Origin: Eubacteriales bacterium
GTDB taxonomy: Bacteria > Bacillota > Clostridia > Oscillospirales > CAG-272
Reading direction: 5' to 3'
Assembly (NCBI GenBank): GCA_045545665.1
Contig: JAZQBL010000039.1
Location: 4,149-68,148, forward strand
DNA: 64,000 bases
Shown: one piece after another, positions 26,479 to 36,894 of the stretch
How positions within the stretch are numbered: position 1 is the stretch's first letter
How the letters are laid out: every line of letters starts with the position of its first letter
Notes under the pieces: model-generated
Database searches by the model: none
What the model saw: the letters and a program-made list of their open reading frames with translations, nothing else
Told to the model about the DNA's origin: nothing
Translations under genes and position numbers: made by a program

Positions 26479-26670
26479 CGCTTCGCGCCCGTCCCGTCGC
26501 ATAGTCGAAATGCGTGCAAAGCGCAGCCTTGCTTCATTTCTCCTTGCTTTGGGGACAGCGCTTGTTCAAAGCATCACACCGTGATGTTTTGAACTTCGCT
26601 ACCCAACGAGCACCACTCGTCGTGCTCATGCCCCAAAGCAAAGATGGAATTCTCACTCTCGGAATGAATC

Positions 26671-26703
26671 AAAACAAAAAGCCACCCAAACGGGTGGCTT
26701 TTC
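26671..26703 (-). terminator. Rho-independent terminator after tRNA-fMet
   Basis: Minus strand AAAAGCCACCCGTTTGGGTGGCTTTTTGTTTT. Confidence 0.65.
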
Positions 26704-26711
26704 GTTTTAAC

Positions 26712-26787
<76 letters not shown>

Positions 26788-26815
26788 ATATGAATAGTGA
26801 CCGGCTTTTAATAAA

Positions 26816-26903
26816 TGGTGCCGGAAACCGGGCTCGAACCGGTACGGGAAAAAATCCCACGAGATTTTAAGTCTCGGGCGTCTGCCTGTTCCGCCACTCC
26901 GGC
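26816..26903 (-). tRNA. tRNA-Leu (TAA)
   Basis: GCCGGAGTGGCGGAACAGGCAGACGCCCGAGACTTAAAATCTCGTGGGATTTTTTCCCGTACCGGTTCGAGCCCGGTTTCCGGCACCA. Long variable arm, anticodon loop CTTAAAA, CCA encoded. Confidence 0.9.
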
Positions 26904-26926
26904 ACATTGCCTCTCACTGTTCAAGT

Positions 26927-26955
26927 ATTGTATCACACTTTTTTTGTTTTGTCAA
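26927..26955 (-). promoter_or_regulatory. promoter of the tRNA-Leu/tRNA-fMet operon
   Basis: Minus strand TTGACA (26955-26950), 17-nt spacer ending in TG, TACAAT (26932-26927), ~20 nt upstream of the tRNA-Leu 5' end. Confidence 0.6.
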
Positions 26956-27082
26956 GTCTTTTTTTGATTTTCTTTTCAAAAAGCAAAGATTTTTCTTTCC
27001 TCATTCGGCAATTCACTTGTTTACTACCATTCTGTACTGTATTCTTCTCGAGTCATCGTTTTTTTTCATCGTGCATGTCTTA

Positions 27083-27949
27083 TCATAATTCTTCGCTTGT
27101 ATTTTTCTTATACCCTTCACCGAACACCGACGTTGCCGAAGTGACGATAATAAAAGCGTTTTCGTCTTCCTGTCTTACAATATCCTTCGCTTTTGGGAAA
27201 TTTCTTGACTGAAGCACGCACATAATTACCTCTTTGCTATGATCCGTATACGCCCCTTTTCCGTCAAGAAAAGTTACCCCCGTTTCAATTTCGAGCAAAA
27301 GTCTTTTTGATATTTCCTCCGGCTTATCGGAAATTATATACACAAGTCGTGCCGTATCAGAACCATACAAGACAGTATTGATCACCCTTGTTTGCAAGAA
27401 AGCCGCAACCGCCGCATAAAGTGCAGGAGATATATTTTTGAAGCAAACAGCCGATGCGACTATTATTATACAGTCTATCACCAGAAACAGCGTACCTGTG
27501 CTTACGTGTCTGTATTTTGTTCTCAAAACACGTATTATTATATCGGATCCGCCTGTTGTTGCACCGAATCTGAAAACAAGTCCTATTCCGACACCCGTCA
27601 AAAGTGCTCCGAATATTGCGGCAAGAAGCACGTCTTGTGTCAAATCAAGCTCAAACCTTGCTATAACGTCCATAAGAACAGATGCAAGTCCGACCGTGTA
27701 AACGGTTGAAAGCATAAACTTGATCCCGAATTTCACAGCTCCGAGAATGAGTATCGGAATATTAATCAAAAACACCCACGTACCCGTATGAAATATACCG
27801 ACAGTTTTATCAAGTATTATGGATATTCCCGACACCCCTCCGGGTGCAAGGCTGTTGCTTTCAAAGAAAAGCGTTACTCCTGCGGCGTATATCAATGCGC
27901 CGATGGATATCATAAACAATCTTTTTAAAAATTCCGTTTTTTGTTTCAT
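27083..27949 (-). CDS. YitT-family membrane protein (DUF2179 C-terminal domain)
   Basis: 288 aa. FLKRLFMISIGALIYAAGVTLFFESNSLAPGGVSGISIIL is typical of YitT. Confidence 0.8.
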   Translation of the reverse strand: MKQKTEFLKRLFMISIGALIYAAGVTLFFESNSLAPGGVSGISIILDKTVGIFHTGTWVFLINIPILILGAVKFGIKFMLSTVYTVGLASVLMDVIARFELDLTQDVLLAAIFGALLTGVGIGLVFRFGATTGGSDIIIRVLRTKYRHVSTGTLFLVIDCIIIVASAVCFKNISPALYAAVAAFLQTRVINTVLYGSDTARLVYIISDKPEEISKRLLLEIETGVTFLDGKGAYTDHSKEVIMCVLQSRNFPKAKDIVRQEDENAFIIVTSATSVFGEGYKKNTSEEL

Positions 27950-27953
27950 TCAT

Positions 27954-30164
27954 TTAACCCATAAACAAATTTCCGATATTTCTTTCGGCAACCACGTATA
28001 TGATATAATCGGGTGCAAGCTCTTTTACAGCATCTCTGTCGATACCGTAATCCCACATTTCGCCGATATAAAGGTTTGAAAAATGTTCAGCCGTATAGGG
28101 CAGCATCTGCATAGCGTACGAATCGCGGACCATATACGCCGAAGGAAGTCCGTCACCGTTTGCGGTAAGGCTGAATGCGTCGATAGCCTCGGGTCTTGAT
28201 ATAGTTTCGGGTTTTTCGTAGGATTCGTTGACCTTGCTTTCAAAGCGAGGAACGAGGTGCGGAACGCTTTCGCGTATTCTTTCTTCAACGCCTATAAAAC
28301 CTGCAAGATCTCCGCCTATATCCGTCGTGTATTTTATATCGAAATCATCCATGTCATACGGTGCGGCATTCGGGAATTTCTCCGCTATTTTCTGCATAAG
28401 GCTTCGGTAACCGAAATAAGCCCCTATCTCCGTCCAGTGAGTATCTGTCTGATAATACAGTTTTCCCGCATCTTCATTTTCTTTTATTACGTCTGTAAGG
28501 TCGATGACAGATATACCGTCTATTTCCGACATTTTTTCAGCAAAAGCATTCTTTCTGCTTTCGTTTTCCTCAACCACACGGTTTTTGATCCTGTCTGAAA
28601 CATCGCTGTCACCGTAAACTGTGAGCGGATTGGGCGCACAAAGAATAATGATCTCCGTTTCCTTACCCGTAAGCTTTCTTATATCGTCAAGCTGATGCTT
28701 TGCGTTTCTGTCCATATACGAAAGCTGTTTATCTGAAAATGCGTTTTCTTTTGTATAATCCTCAAGTGTTTGGTCGTAAAACAATCTTGAGCCGCTGCCT
28801 GTAATAATATTATCGGAATTTACCGTCTTTTTCGGGACCGACGTATATGCAGGAGAGGATACTTCCATTCCCTTCTTCTGTGCCGTTATCATTATATCAC
28901 TGCCGCCGCTGTTTTCGACCGATATAATGAACAGTCCGTCAATACAAACCGTTTCTGAGGGTTTTCCTCCGCATTTGCCTACTATCTTCGCACCGTCTTC
29001 CGCCTTGCCGAAAACGAGCGTACTGCCGCGTGCAACGGAAAGTGCTGTGTATATTTGAGGCTTTTCGGTAGGTATGCCGTTTGTGACACTTTCACCGTAT
29101 GAAGAAGATGTGACCTCGTCAAGCCAGATATCGAGCTCATCTTCCCTTATAACGTGTACGACCGCATCGATGCCGTCTTCTTCACAAGCCAAAGCATTGG
29201 GTGCTGATACGACCTCCGCATAGCTTGCAGCAAAATACGGCTTTAAAAGTGCTCTTTCATTTTCTGACGGTATTTGCAAAAGGAGCTTCGTATTTCCTTT
29301 GATCCCCGAATCTTTTTCAGCCGTTGTAACGGTTATACCGTTTTCTTTTTCAACAACCGCGTATTTCAACTCAAGCGGTGACATATCCACCGTATACGTT
29401 ATATTTTTCACGGTCTTTTTCATACCGACGCGTTCTGCAAGCTCTTTTCCGTCAGTTTCCGTCTTCGTAAGCTCAAGGTGGTTTATATTAAACGGTGTAA
29501 AAGCTTTACCTACGTCTTGTGCTATTGCATCGTATACGTAGTAAGCGCCGAGAGAGTTTATTGAATTTTCCGTGTTGTTATAAAGATTATATCCATCCGT
29601 GTAATTATTTATTACTTCCGCAAGGGATGATATATCGACTGTCGTATTTTCATTCATATATTCGATAAGCTTTGACGAGCGTGTATTTTCCGATATTTCA
29701 TCCCCAAACGGAGATATTTCATCGTACACGGTCTGCGTGTTCGGTATGATATAAAGACAATATTCCGCGCCGTTGTTTTCATAAAAAGACTTTACGTTCT
29801 GAAGTGTATCTGCAATTTTTGAAAGCTCTTCTTCCGAATACGTATATTCACCGTTAAAGTCCTTCTTATAGTCAAACGTATCCGTCTTTACGGGAAATAA
29901 AAATCCGTTCTTTCCGTTTTTAACGTCGTTTGAGGAAACCCTGCCTGTGAGATTATACACCGTTTTTCTGAAGATAGATGCAGGTGTATTATCACTTATC
30001 CCTCCGTATACAGAATGTGAGAGCTTTTGAAAAAAGCCTGTCTCGTCATCGTTTGAATAATTTTCTTTATACGCGCACACGGTCGCCGCGGAAATATATA
30101 TGATTGCAATAAACAATATAGCGGCAGCTGTTGATATTATTACTTTTCGTGTTTTCTTTGTCAT
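27954..30164 (-). CDS. membrane-anchored DHHW / AlgX-AlgJ-like SGNH-type protein (polysaccharide O-acylation family)
   Basis: 736 aa with an N-terminal TM and a YYQTDTHWTEIGAYFGY (D-x-H-W) motif in the C-terminal half. The N-terminal half looks like a degenerate second copy. Confidence 0.6.
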   Translation of the reverse strand: MTKKTRKVIISTAAAILFIAIIYISAATVCAYKENYSNDDETGFFQKLSHSVYGGISDNTPASIFRKTVYNLTGRVSSNDVKNGKNGFLFPVKTDTFDYKKDFNGEYTYSEEELSKIADTLQNVKSFYENNGAEYCLYIIPNTQTVYDEISPFGDEISENTRSSKLIEYMNENTTVDISSLAEVINNYTDGYNLYNNTENSINSLGAYYVYDAIAQDVGKAFTPFNINHLELTKTETDGKELAERVGMKKTVKNITYTVDMSPLELKYAVVEKENGITVTTAEKDSGIKGNTKLLLQIPSENERALLKPYFAASYAEVVSAPNALACEEDGIDAVVHVIREDELDIWLDEVTSSSYGESVTNGIPTEKPQIYTALSVARGSTLVFGKAEDGAKIVGKCGGKPSETVCIDGLFIISVENSGGSDIMITAQKKGMEVSSPAYTSVPKKTVNSDNIITGSGSRLFYDQTLEDYTKENAFSDKQLSYMDRNAKHQLDDIRKLTGKETEIIILCAPNPLTVYGDSDVSDRIKNRVVEENESRKNAFAEKMSEIDGISVIDLTDVIKENEDAGKLYYQTDTHWTEIGAYFGYRSLMQKIAEKFPNAAPYDMDDFDIKYTTDIGGDLAGFIGVEERIRESVPHLVPRFESKVNESYEKPETISRPEAIDAFSLTANGDGLPSAYMVRDSYAMQMLPYTAEHFSNLYIGEMWDYGIDRDAVKELAPDYIIYVVAERNIGNLFMG

Positions 30165-30285
30165 AAAATCATCTCCGTAAAATCATTTTATTAAGTAATG
30201 CGGAATAGTATTATACAGCTTACATTTTATCATACACATACCGATAATGCAAGTATAAAGTTTGAATATTTTCAGGAGTTAACCA

Positions 30286-32868
30286 ATGACAAAATATGAA
30301 GATTTCAAAGGTCTTACATCAAAAGAAGCAACCCTTTCCGCAGAAAAAAGCGGAAAGAACCGTGTGACAAGAAAGAAACGGCATTCGTTTTTCAAGCAAT
30401 TTATTTCTTCGTTCAACGATCCTATAATAAAAATACTTTTGGGGACTCTTTTAATCAACGCCTTATTCTGGATAAAGGATTTTGATCCGTACGAGGCAGT
30501 CGGTATAGTATCGGCAATACTGATTTCGACGTTCATTTCAGCACTTTCCGAATACGGCTCGGAGGGAGCGTTTTTGTCTTTGCTTGAAGAAAGCGAAAAA
30601 TGCACGTGTTCTGTGATAAGAGACGGAAAAATATCCTCTTTGCCGCCGTCGGAGCTTGTATGCGGTGACATCGTTTTACTGATACCCGGAGAAAAAATAC
30701 ACGCAGACGGCGTCATCGTGCACGGGAAGGTTACGGTAAACCAATCGGCACTGAACGGAGAAAGCAAGGAAGTTATAAAAATGCCTTCGGATGGCGGAGC
30801 TTTCGGCGGAATACTGTCGCAAAACACACTGCTTTCGGGAACGCTTATATGCGAAGGTGACGGTCTTATGCAGATAAAAGCCGTTGGCGACGGTACATAT
30901 TACGGAAAAATAGCAGGCGAATTGCAGACAAAAGGCGCGGAAAGTCCGTTAAAAGAAAAGCTCTCGGTGCTTGCACGTTCCATAAGCAAGCTCGGATTTT
31001 TTTCTGCCTTTCTCGTTGCATTTGCGGATCTGTTCAACGCAGTAATAATAGACAACTCATACAGTAAAGAGCTTATATTTACATTTTTGTCCTCGCCTGA
31101 AGCGGTTATGCAAGCACTGTTACACGCGGTAACTCTTGCGCTCACCGTCGTTATCGTTGCAGTACCCGAAGGCTTACCTATGATGATAGGTGTGGTGCTT
31201 TCCGCAAACATCAAAAAGATGAAAAAAGACAACGTGCTTGTGCGAAAGCCCGTGGGAATAGAGACGGCAGGCTGCATGAACATACTGTTCACGGATAAAA
31301 CCGGAACGCTTACGTACGGCAAACCGACTGTGTCCGATTTTATTATGGCAAACGGTGACGTTCTTCCCTTTTCGGCTTTCAAACAGACTGATGCTTACAA
31401 GCTGTTTTCCTGCTGCAGTATTTTAACGTCATCATGCAAGCGCACCGACGGTGAAGCAGTGGGCGGAAACAACACCGACAGAGCCGTTTTTTCAGTATCC
31501 GATGAAAAATATTCAAAAGATTACACGACAGTAAAAACGGTTGAATTTACAAGCAAAAGAAAATATTCTTCGGCAACGGCTGTGAAGAATAACAAAAAAA
31601 GAACGTTTTACAAAGGTGCGTACGAGGTATTATTTTCAAAATGCACTCACGGCATTGACAGATCGGGGAACGTCGTTAAAATTGACAAAGCCTTCAGCGA
31701 TACCGTAAAACAGTTTGCCGAAAACAGCGGGCGTATTCTTTTGCTCGCTTATTCCGATGAAAGTGACTGTCTTACGCTCATATGTGCCGTAAATATGAAG
31801 GACGGTCTGAGACGTGAAGCAAAAAGTTCGGTAAAGCGTCTGCAAAAAGCAGGCGTTGACGTTGTTATGATAACAGGTGACGGTCCTGACACGGCAAAAT
31901 CCATAGCTGTTGATTCGGGTATTCTCTTCGGAAAAAGGCGGAAGATCGTAACGGGAGTCGAGCTTTCGGGGATGACTGACGATGAAATCAAAAAAGAACT
32001 TCCCTCTATTGCCGCAGTTGCAAGAGCTTATCCCGAAGACAAAAGCAGGCTTGTGAAAATTTGTATGAGCGAGGGACTCGTTGCCGCAATGACAGGAGAT
32101 GGAATAAACGACTCCCCCGCCTTAAAACATGCGGACGTCGGTTTTGCACCGGGATCGTCTGCATCCGTAGCAAAAGAGGCATCCGACATAATCATACTTG
32201 ATGACAACATCTCATCCGTGACAAAAGCAGTCCTTTACGGAAGAACGATATTAAAAAACATAAAAAAATTCTTGATGTTTCAGCTCACGATGAATTTTTG
32301 TGCCGTTGCCGTTTCGCTGTTTGCTCCTTTGATAGGCTGTGAAACGCCCGTAACCGTGTTACAAATGTTGTGGATAAATATCATAATGGATACTCTGGCA
32401 GGGCTTGCATTTGCAACCGAAGAAGCAAGGGAGGAATATATGAGCGAGCCGCCAACAGGAAAAAACGAACGGATACTTACAAAACCGATGATCGTAAATA
32501 TACTTTACAGCGGCATCATATGCGTCGTCATTATGCTTTGGTATCTGCTTTCGGATTTCGTTTATAATTTCTTTTCAGGGCACAATACGGAATTTTACTG
32601 CGGTTTTTTCGGCCTTTTTGTTTTTTTGGGCGTTTTTAACTGTTTTAACGTAAGAACACATAGATTAAACCTGTTTTCACACATAACAAAAAACAAACTG
32701 TTTATTCCCATAATAAGTGCAGTAGTCGGCGTTCAGCTTTTGCTTATGTACTTCGGCGGAAGTATTTTCCGCTGTGCTGTACTGAATTTCAGACAGATAT
32801 CTTTTGTTTTACTTTTGTCATCGCTTATAATACCGCTTGATATGATCAGAAAGCTTTTCTCAAAATAG
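30286..32868 (+). CDS. P-type calcium-translocating ATPase
   Basis: DKTGTLT phosphorylation motif, VAVPEGLP, TGDGINDSPALKHADVG. 860 aa with about 10 TM segments. Confidence 0.9.
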   Translation: MTKYEDFKGLTSKEATLSAEKSGKNRVTRKKRHSFFKQFISSFNDPIIKILLGTLLINALFWIKDFDPYEAVGIVSAILISTFISALSEYGSEGAFLSLLEESEKCTCSVIRDGKISSLPPSELVCGDIVLLIPGEKIHADGVIVHGKVTVNQSALNGESKEVIKMPSDGGAFGGILSQNTLLSGTLICEGDGLMQIKAVGDGTYYGKIAGELQTKGAESPLKEKLSVLARSISKLGFFSAFLVAFADLFNAVIIDNSYSKELIFTFLSSPEAVMQALLHAVTLALTVVIVAVPEGLPMMIGVVLSANIKKMKKDNVLVRKPVGIETAGCMNILFTDKTGTLTYGKPTVSDFIMANGDVLPFSAFKQTDAYKLFSCCSILTSSCKRTDGEAVGGNNTDRAVFSVSDEKYSKDYTTVKTVEFTSKRKYSSATAVKNNKKRTFYKGAYEVLFSKCTHGIDRSGNVVKIDKAFSDTVKQFAENSGRILLLAYSDESDCLTLICAVNMKDGLRREAKSSVKRLQKAGVDVVMITGDGPDTAKSIAVDSGILFGKRRKIVTGVELSGMTDDEIKKELPSIAAVARAYPEDKSRLVKICMSEGLVAAMTGDGINDSPALKHADVGFAPGSSASVAKEASDIIILDDNISSVTKAVLYGRTILKNIKKFLMFQLTMNFCAVAVSLFAPLIGCETPVTVLQMLWINIIMDTLAGLAFATEEAREEYMSEPPTGKNERILTKPMIVNILYSGIICVVIMLWYLLSDFVYNFFSGHNTEFYCGFFGLFVFLGVFNCFNVRTHRLNLFSHITKNKLFIPIISAVVGVQLLLMYFGGSIFRCAVLNFRQISFVLLLSSLIIPLDMIRKLFSK

Positions 32869-32888
32869 TTATTAATATAATATTCTAC

Positions 32889-32917
32889 TTGACAACAATA
32901 CCATTATGTAGTATAAT
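32889..32917 (+). promoter_or_regulatory. consensus promoter of the + strand EPS operon
   Basis: TTGACA (32889-32894), 17-nt spacer, TATAAT (32912-32917). Confidence 0.6.
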
Positions 32918-32950
32918 ATATTGTAAGATAAGTGTACATATGGGGGAGCT

Positions 32951-33604
32951 ATGAAACACAAGCCGGGATTTTACGAAAAATACGTTAAGCGTCCGCAGGA
33001 CTTTATTTTGTCATTGTTAGCTCTGACAGTTCTTTTTCCTGTCATACTTATCGTTGCTTTGATCGTGCGCATAAAGCTTGGCTCGCCCGTTGTTTTCAAG
33101 CAAGAGCGTCCCGGGCTTAACGAAAAAATATTCAAGCTTTACAAGTTCAGAACGATGAGTGATGAAAAAGACGAAAACGGCGAGCTTTTGCCCGATGAAC
33201 TGCGTTTGGGCAAATTCGGAAAAGTACTCAGAAGCACGTCGCTTGACGAGCTTCCGTCACTTATCAACATCATAAAAGGCGATATTTCAATAGTAGGTCC
33301 CCGTCCGCTTCTTGTCAGATATCTTCCGCGATATAACGAGCATCAGGCAAGACGTCACGAGGTCAGACCGGGGTTCACGGGTTACGCGCAGACAAACGGA
33401 AGAAATGCAATAACCTGGGAACAAAAGTTTGATTACGACGTTGAATACGTAGACAACATCACATTCATCGGAGATTGGAAAATAATATTCAAAACTGTCC
33501 TGACGGTTTTGAAGCGAGACGGTATAACGTCCGAAACCTCCGTCACGATGGAAGAATTCATGGGCAGTGATACAGTTGAAAAGGCAAAGGAGTCGTTGAC
33601 GTGA
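32951..33604 (+). CDS. undecaprenyl-phosphate sugar phosphotransferase (bacterial sugar transferase family)
   Basis: 217 aa, one TM. Motifs [33 protein letters not shown]. Confidence 0.85.
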   Translation: MKHKPGFYEKYVKRPQDFILSLLALTVLFPVILIVALIVRIKLGSPVVFKQERPGLNEKIFKLYKFRTMSDEKDENGELLPDELRLGKFGKVLRSTSLDELPSLINIIKGDISIVGPRPLLVRYLPRYNEHQARRHEVRPGFTGYAQTNGRNAITWEQKFDYDVEYVDNITFIGDWKIIFKTVLTVLKRDGITSETSVTMEEFMGSDTVEKAKESLT

Positions 33605-34471
33605 AGCATGCGGTCTTGTTAACGGTACATAACAACACAACAATAGTTAAGACTTTGATAAGGCTTTTGGACGACTCCCGTTTTTCTTTCTATCTACTTA
33701 AAGATTCAAAATCAGACATTGATATTGAAAAATTCGTCCCCGAATTAAAAAACGCAAGTGTAACACTTCTTGAGCCTCAAAAAATGTACTGGGCAGGTTT
33801 TTCTCAGATCGATGCTGAATTCAAGCTTATAGAAAAAGCAATTAAAGATTCTCCTGACTTTTTACATTACCTCAATGGTGCGGATCTACCTTTGAAAACT
33901 GCGGATGAAATAGATGCGTTTTTTGAAGAAAACCGATCGGACATCTTTATTGACACAGGCGATAAGCCCGATTTTGTTCTCAGACTATAAAGTTTACTGT
34001 AAGCATTATTTTGTCGAAAATAATCTGTTCAGAACAAATAAGGCCGTCAAGATATTGAATCACGCCATTGCAAAACTGCACACTCCTTTTGTGTCTAAAA
34101 AGAGTAAAAAGTATCCTCTGTACGCCGGATCTGCTTTATGGAGTATCCCGGGTTATTTTGCCGAATACGTCCTTTCGAAAAAAGATGATGTTTACAAGAT
34201 ATATAAAAATTCTTTGGCGGCAGATGAAGTCTTTATCCAATCTCTTCTTATGAATTCCGAATATGCAGCATTACGCAGTACACACAAGAATGCACGGTAT
34301 ATTGACCGGAAAAACCGTGAAGGAAATTCCCCGAAAACGTTTAAAGAATCCGATTGGGAAGAAATAAAATCTGCAATATATAATCCAAACTTAATATTTG
34401 CACGCAAATTTTCCGAAGACGTAGATTTAAAAATAGTCGACCTTCTTAACAGCGAACTGAAAAACAAATAA
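33601..34471 (+). pseudogene. GT14 (core-2/I-branching-like) glycosyltransferase split by a +1 frameshift
   Basis: ORF 33601..33990 (frame 1) and ORF 33914..34471 (frame 2) read as one protein if the frame changes around 33960-33990 (..DTGDKPDFV / DYKVYCKHYFVEN..). Family assignment is tentative. Confidence 0.5.
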
Positions 34472-34488
34472 CGGAAGCGGTAAATTAT

Positions 34489-36117
34489 ATGAAAGAATTC
34501 AGAATATTATTTACAGGTGTAGGAAGACGAATAGAGCTTATCCAGGCGTTCAGATCTGCCGCACTTAATCTGGACATAAAATTAAAAATATACGGTACTG
34601 ATATTACTCCAACTGCCCCGGCATTGTTTTTTTGCGATCACGCAAGAAGAGTTTGCAGGGTAAAGGACCCGAATTACATTCCGCAACTTTTGGATATCTG
34701 TAAGCAAGACTGTATCGATCTTGTTATACCGACGATCGACACGGACCTTCTTTTGCTTTCACAAAGCACCGAACGCTTTGCAGCTGTCAACACAAAAGTT
34801 ATGATAAGCGCTCCCGACAAAATTGCTGTTTGCAGGGACAAAAATCTTACATTTGATTTTTTCAAGGAATGCGGTGTAAAAGCGCCCGAAACATTCAACG
34901 ATTACAAAAAATATCAAGGCACCTTCCCGTGTTTTATAAAGCCGAAGGATGGGAGCAGTAGTATCAACGCTTTCAAAGTAACCGACAAATCACAACTTTC
35001 CATGTATGCTGAAAAAACGGATGATTATATCATTCAGCCGTTTATTCAGGGTACGGAATACACCGTCGACATTTTCTGTGATTTTGACGGCAACCCCGTT
35101 TTCATTACCCCGAGAATACGTCTTGCCGTAAGAAGCGGCGAGGTTTCGAAGACAAAGATCGTCAATGACAGGAAAATACTTGATGAAACGTACAAAATAA
35201 TCGAAAAATTCAAGCCGTGCGGACCGATGACGGTTCAGCTCATACGTCAAGATGAAACACTTGACGACTACTTCATAGAAATAAACCCGAGATACGGCGG
35301 CGGGGCTCCGCTTTCGATGAAATCAGGTGCACGTTCAGCCGAATCCGTACTGCAAATATTAAGCGGTACCACTCCCGTAAAAAGCACTCACATAAGCGAC
35401 GGGGCTGTATACAGCAGATTTGATCAGAGTGTATGTATCTGCAAAAGCGAGATACCGCATGATATAAAAGGTGTTATTTTTGATCTTGACGACACTCTTT
35501 ATTCAGAAAAAGAATACGTAAGAAGCGGATTTTGTGCCGTTGCAAGATTTCTCGGAAACGATGAATACGCCGACAAGCTCATATCTTATTTTCAGCAAGG
35601 CAAGCAAGCTATAGATGAATTGCTCACAGAAGAAGGTCTGACAGGCAAAAAAGCTGAATGTATCAGCATTTACCGCGAGCATACACCCGAAATTTCACTG
35701 TATAACGGAGTAAAAGAGCTTATATCAAAGCTTCATAGTGCAAAAATAAAAGTGGGGATCATAACCGACGGGCGTGTCAGCGGACAAAAAAACAAGCTTG
35801 CATCTCTCGGTCTTGATAAGATAATTGACGATATTATAATAACAGATGAGCTTGGCGGACCTCAGTTCAGAAAGCCGAATGATATTTCTTTCAGAATAAT
35901 GCAGTGCAGGTGGAAGATCCCGTTTGAGGAGATGATCTATATTGCAGACAATCCCACAAAGGATTTTCATGCGCCAAAGCAGCTCGGAATGAATTATTTG
36001 TGGTTTAAAAACCCGGACGGTCTCTACAGTACTGATGATTGTGACATGCAGGACAATGAGGTCGTTGAACGCATTGAAGACATAGAAACAAAACTATTTA
36101 CCGGACAAAATATATGA
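34489..36117 (+). CDS. ATP-grasp enzyme fused to a HAD-superfamily hydrolase
   Basis: N-terminal ~310 aa are ATP-grasp (..YFIEINPRYGGGAP..). The C-terminal HAD has motif I VIFDLDDTLY, then GIITDG and ADNPTKDF. Confidence 0.75.
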   Translation: MKEFRILFTGVGRRIELIQAFRSAALNLDIKLKIYGTDITPTAPALFFCDHARRVCRVKDPNYIPQLLDICKQDCIDLVIPTIDTDLLLLSQSTERFAAVNTKVMISAPDKIAVCRDKNLTFDFFKECGVKAPETFNDYKKYQGTFPCFIKPKDGSSSINAFKVTDKSQLSMYAEKTDDYIIQPFIQGTEYTVDIFCDFDGNPVFITPRIRLAVRSGEVSKTKIVNDRKILDETYKIIEKFKPCGPMTVQLIRQDETLDDYFIEINPRYGGGAPLSMKSGARSAESVLQILSGTTPVKSTHISDGAVYSRFDQSVCICKSEIPHDIKGVIFDLDDTLYSEKEYVRSGFCAVARFLGNDEYADKLISYFQQGKQAIDELLTEEGLTGKKAECISIYREHTPEISLYNGVKELISKLHSAKIKVGIITDGRVSGQKNKLASLGLDKIIDDIIITDELGGPQFRKPNDISFRIMQCRWKIPFEEMIYIADNPTKDFHAPKQLGMNYLWFKNPDGLYSTDDCDMQDNEVVERIEDIETKLFTGQNI

Positions 36118-36833
36118 ACACTGTAAAGATAAATAAAAGAAACACTTTGATGATAGCGCACAGGGGACTTAGCGGAATCGAAAAAGAAAATACCCTTCCC
36201 GCTTTTGTCGCCGCGGCAAACAGAAGCTATTTCGGTATTGAAACGGACGTGCATATGACGCGCGACGGCAAGTTCGTCGTGATACACGATGAAACGACCT
36301 CACGTGTTGCAAAAGATAACGTGACGATCGAAAAAACCGACTACAGCGAAATTAAAAACATTGAGCTTTACGATATATGCGGCAGAAAGACGCGTACCGA
36401 TCTTCGCATTCCTCTTCTGTCCGAATATATAAGAATATGCAAGAGGTATGAAAAAACAGCCGTTCTTGAGCTTAAGACCCCCTTCACAAAGGAACAGGTA
36501 AAGCAGATAGTCGATATAATCAAATCGGAAAAATATCTTGACGGCGTGATCTTCATTTCATTCCATCAGCAAGATCTTATATACGTAAGAGAATTATGTC
36601 CCGACAGTCCCGCACAGTTTCTGACAGGTGACATAAGCAAAGAAAACGTGGATTTTATGAAAAAGTACCGTCTTGACCTTGACTGTCAGCACAAGTCACT
36701 CACAGAAGATAACGTCAAAGCTCTTCACGGTCTCGGATTAAAAATAAACGCATGGACGGTCGATGACCCGAAGGCAGGCGAAAGGCTTGCGTTATGGGGT
36801 GTTGACTACATTACAACAAATATTCTTGAATAA
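36114..36833 (+). CDS. glycerophosphodiester phosphodiesterase family protein
   Basis: IAHRGLSG..ENTL.AF and GIETDVHMTRDGKFVVIHD motifs. Start overlaps the previous stop (ATGA). Confidence 0.85.
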   Translation: MNTVKINKRNTLMIAHRGLSGIEKENTLPAFVAAANRSYFGIETDVHMTRDGKFVVIHDETTSRVAKDNVTIEKTDYSEIKNIELYDICGRKTRTDLRIPLLSEYIRICKRYEKTAVLELKTPFTKEQVKQIVDIIKSEKYLDGVIFISFHQQDLIYVRELCPDSPAQFLTGDISKENVDFMKKYRLDLDCQHKSLTEDNVKALHGLGLKINAWTVDDPKAGERLALWGVDYITTNILE

Positions 36834-36842
36834 AGGATAATA

Positions 36843-36875
36843 TGGAGATGTGATTTTCATATCTCCTTATTTTAC
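36843..36875 (+). terminator. Rho-independent terminator
   Basis: GGAGAT / ATCTCC stem followed by TTATTTT. Confidence 0.55.
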
Positions 36876-36894
36876 ACTTTTAAACGGATGAATT

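Noticed and set aside
26530-26640. tRNA-Sec-like or tmRNA-like reading of the GGGGCATGAGCAC...GTTCAAAAC...CTGTCCCC segment.
   Set aside because: The TTCAAAA stretch lies inside a 14-bp helix rather than an anticodon loop. The putative acceptor strands do not pair properly. There is no T-arm, and no tmRNA-type 5' end pairing with the downstream CCA end.
26479-26711. Possibility that the partial tRNA-fMet copy plus upstream sequence is a tRNA gene interrupted by a group I intron, as in some cyanobacterial tRNA-fMet genes.
   Set aside because: No 5' exon (CGCGGAGTGGAGCAG...GGGCTC) precedes the segment. The upstream sequence is the terminator of the intact tRNA. The ~190-nt structured part is shorter than known group I introns, and I see no P7/G-binding-site-like core.
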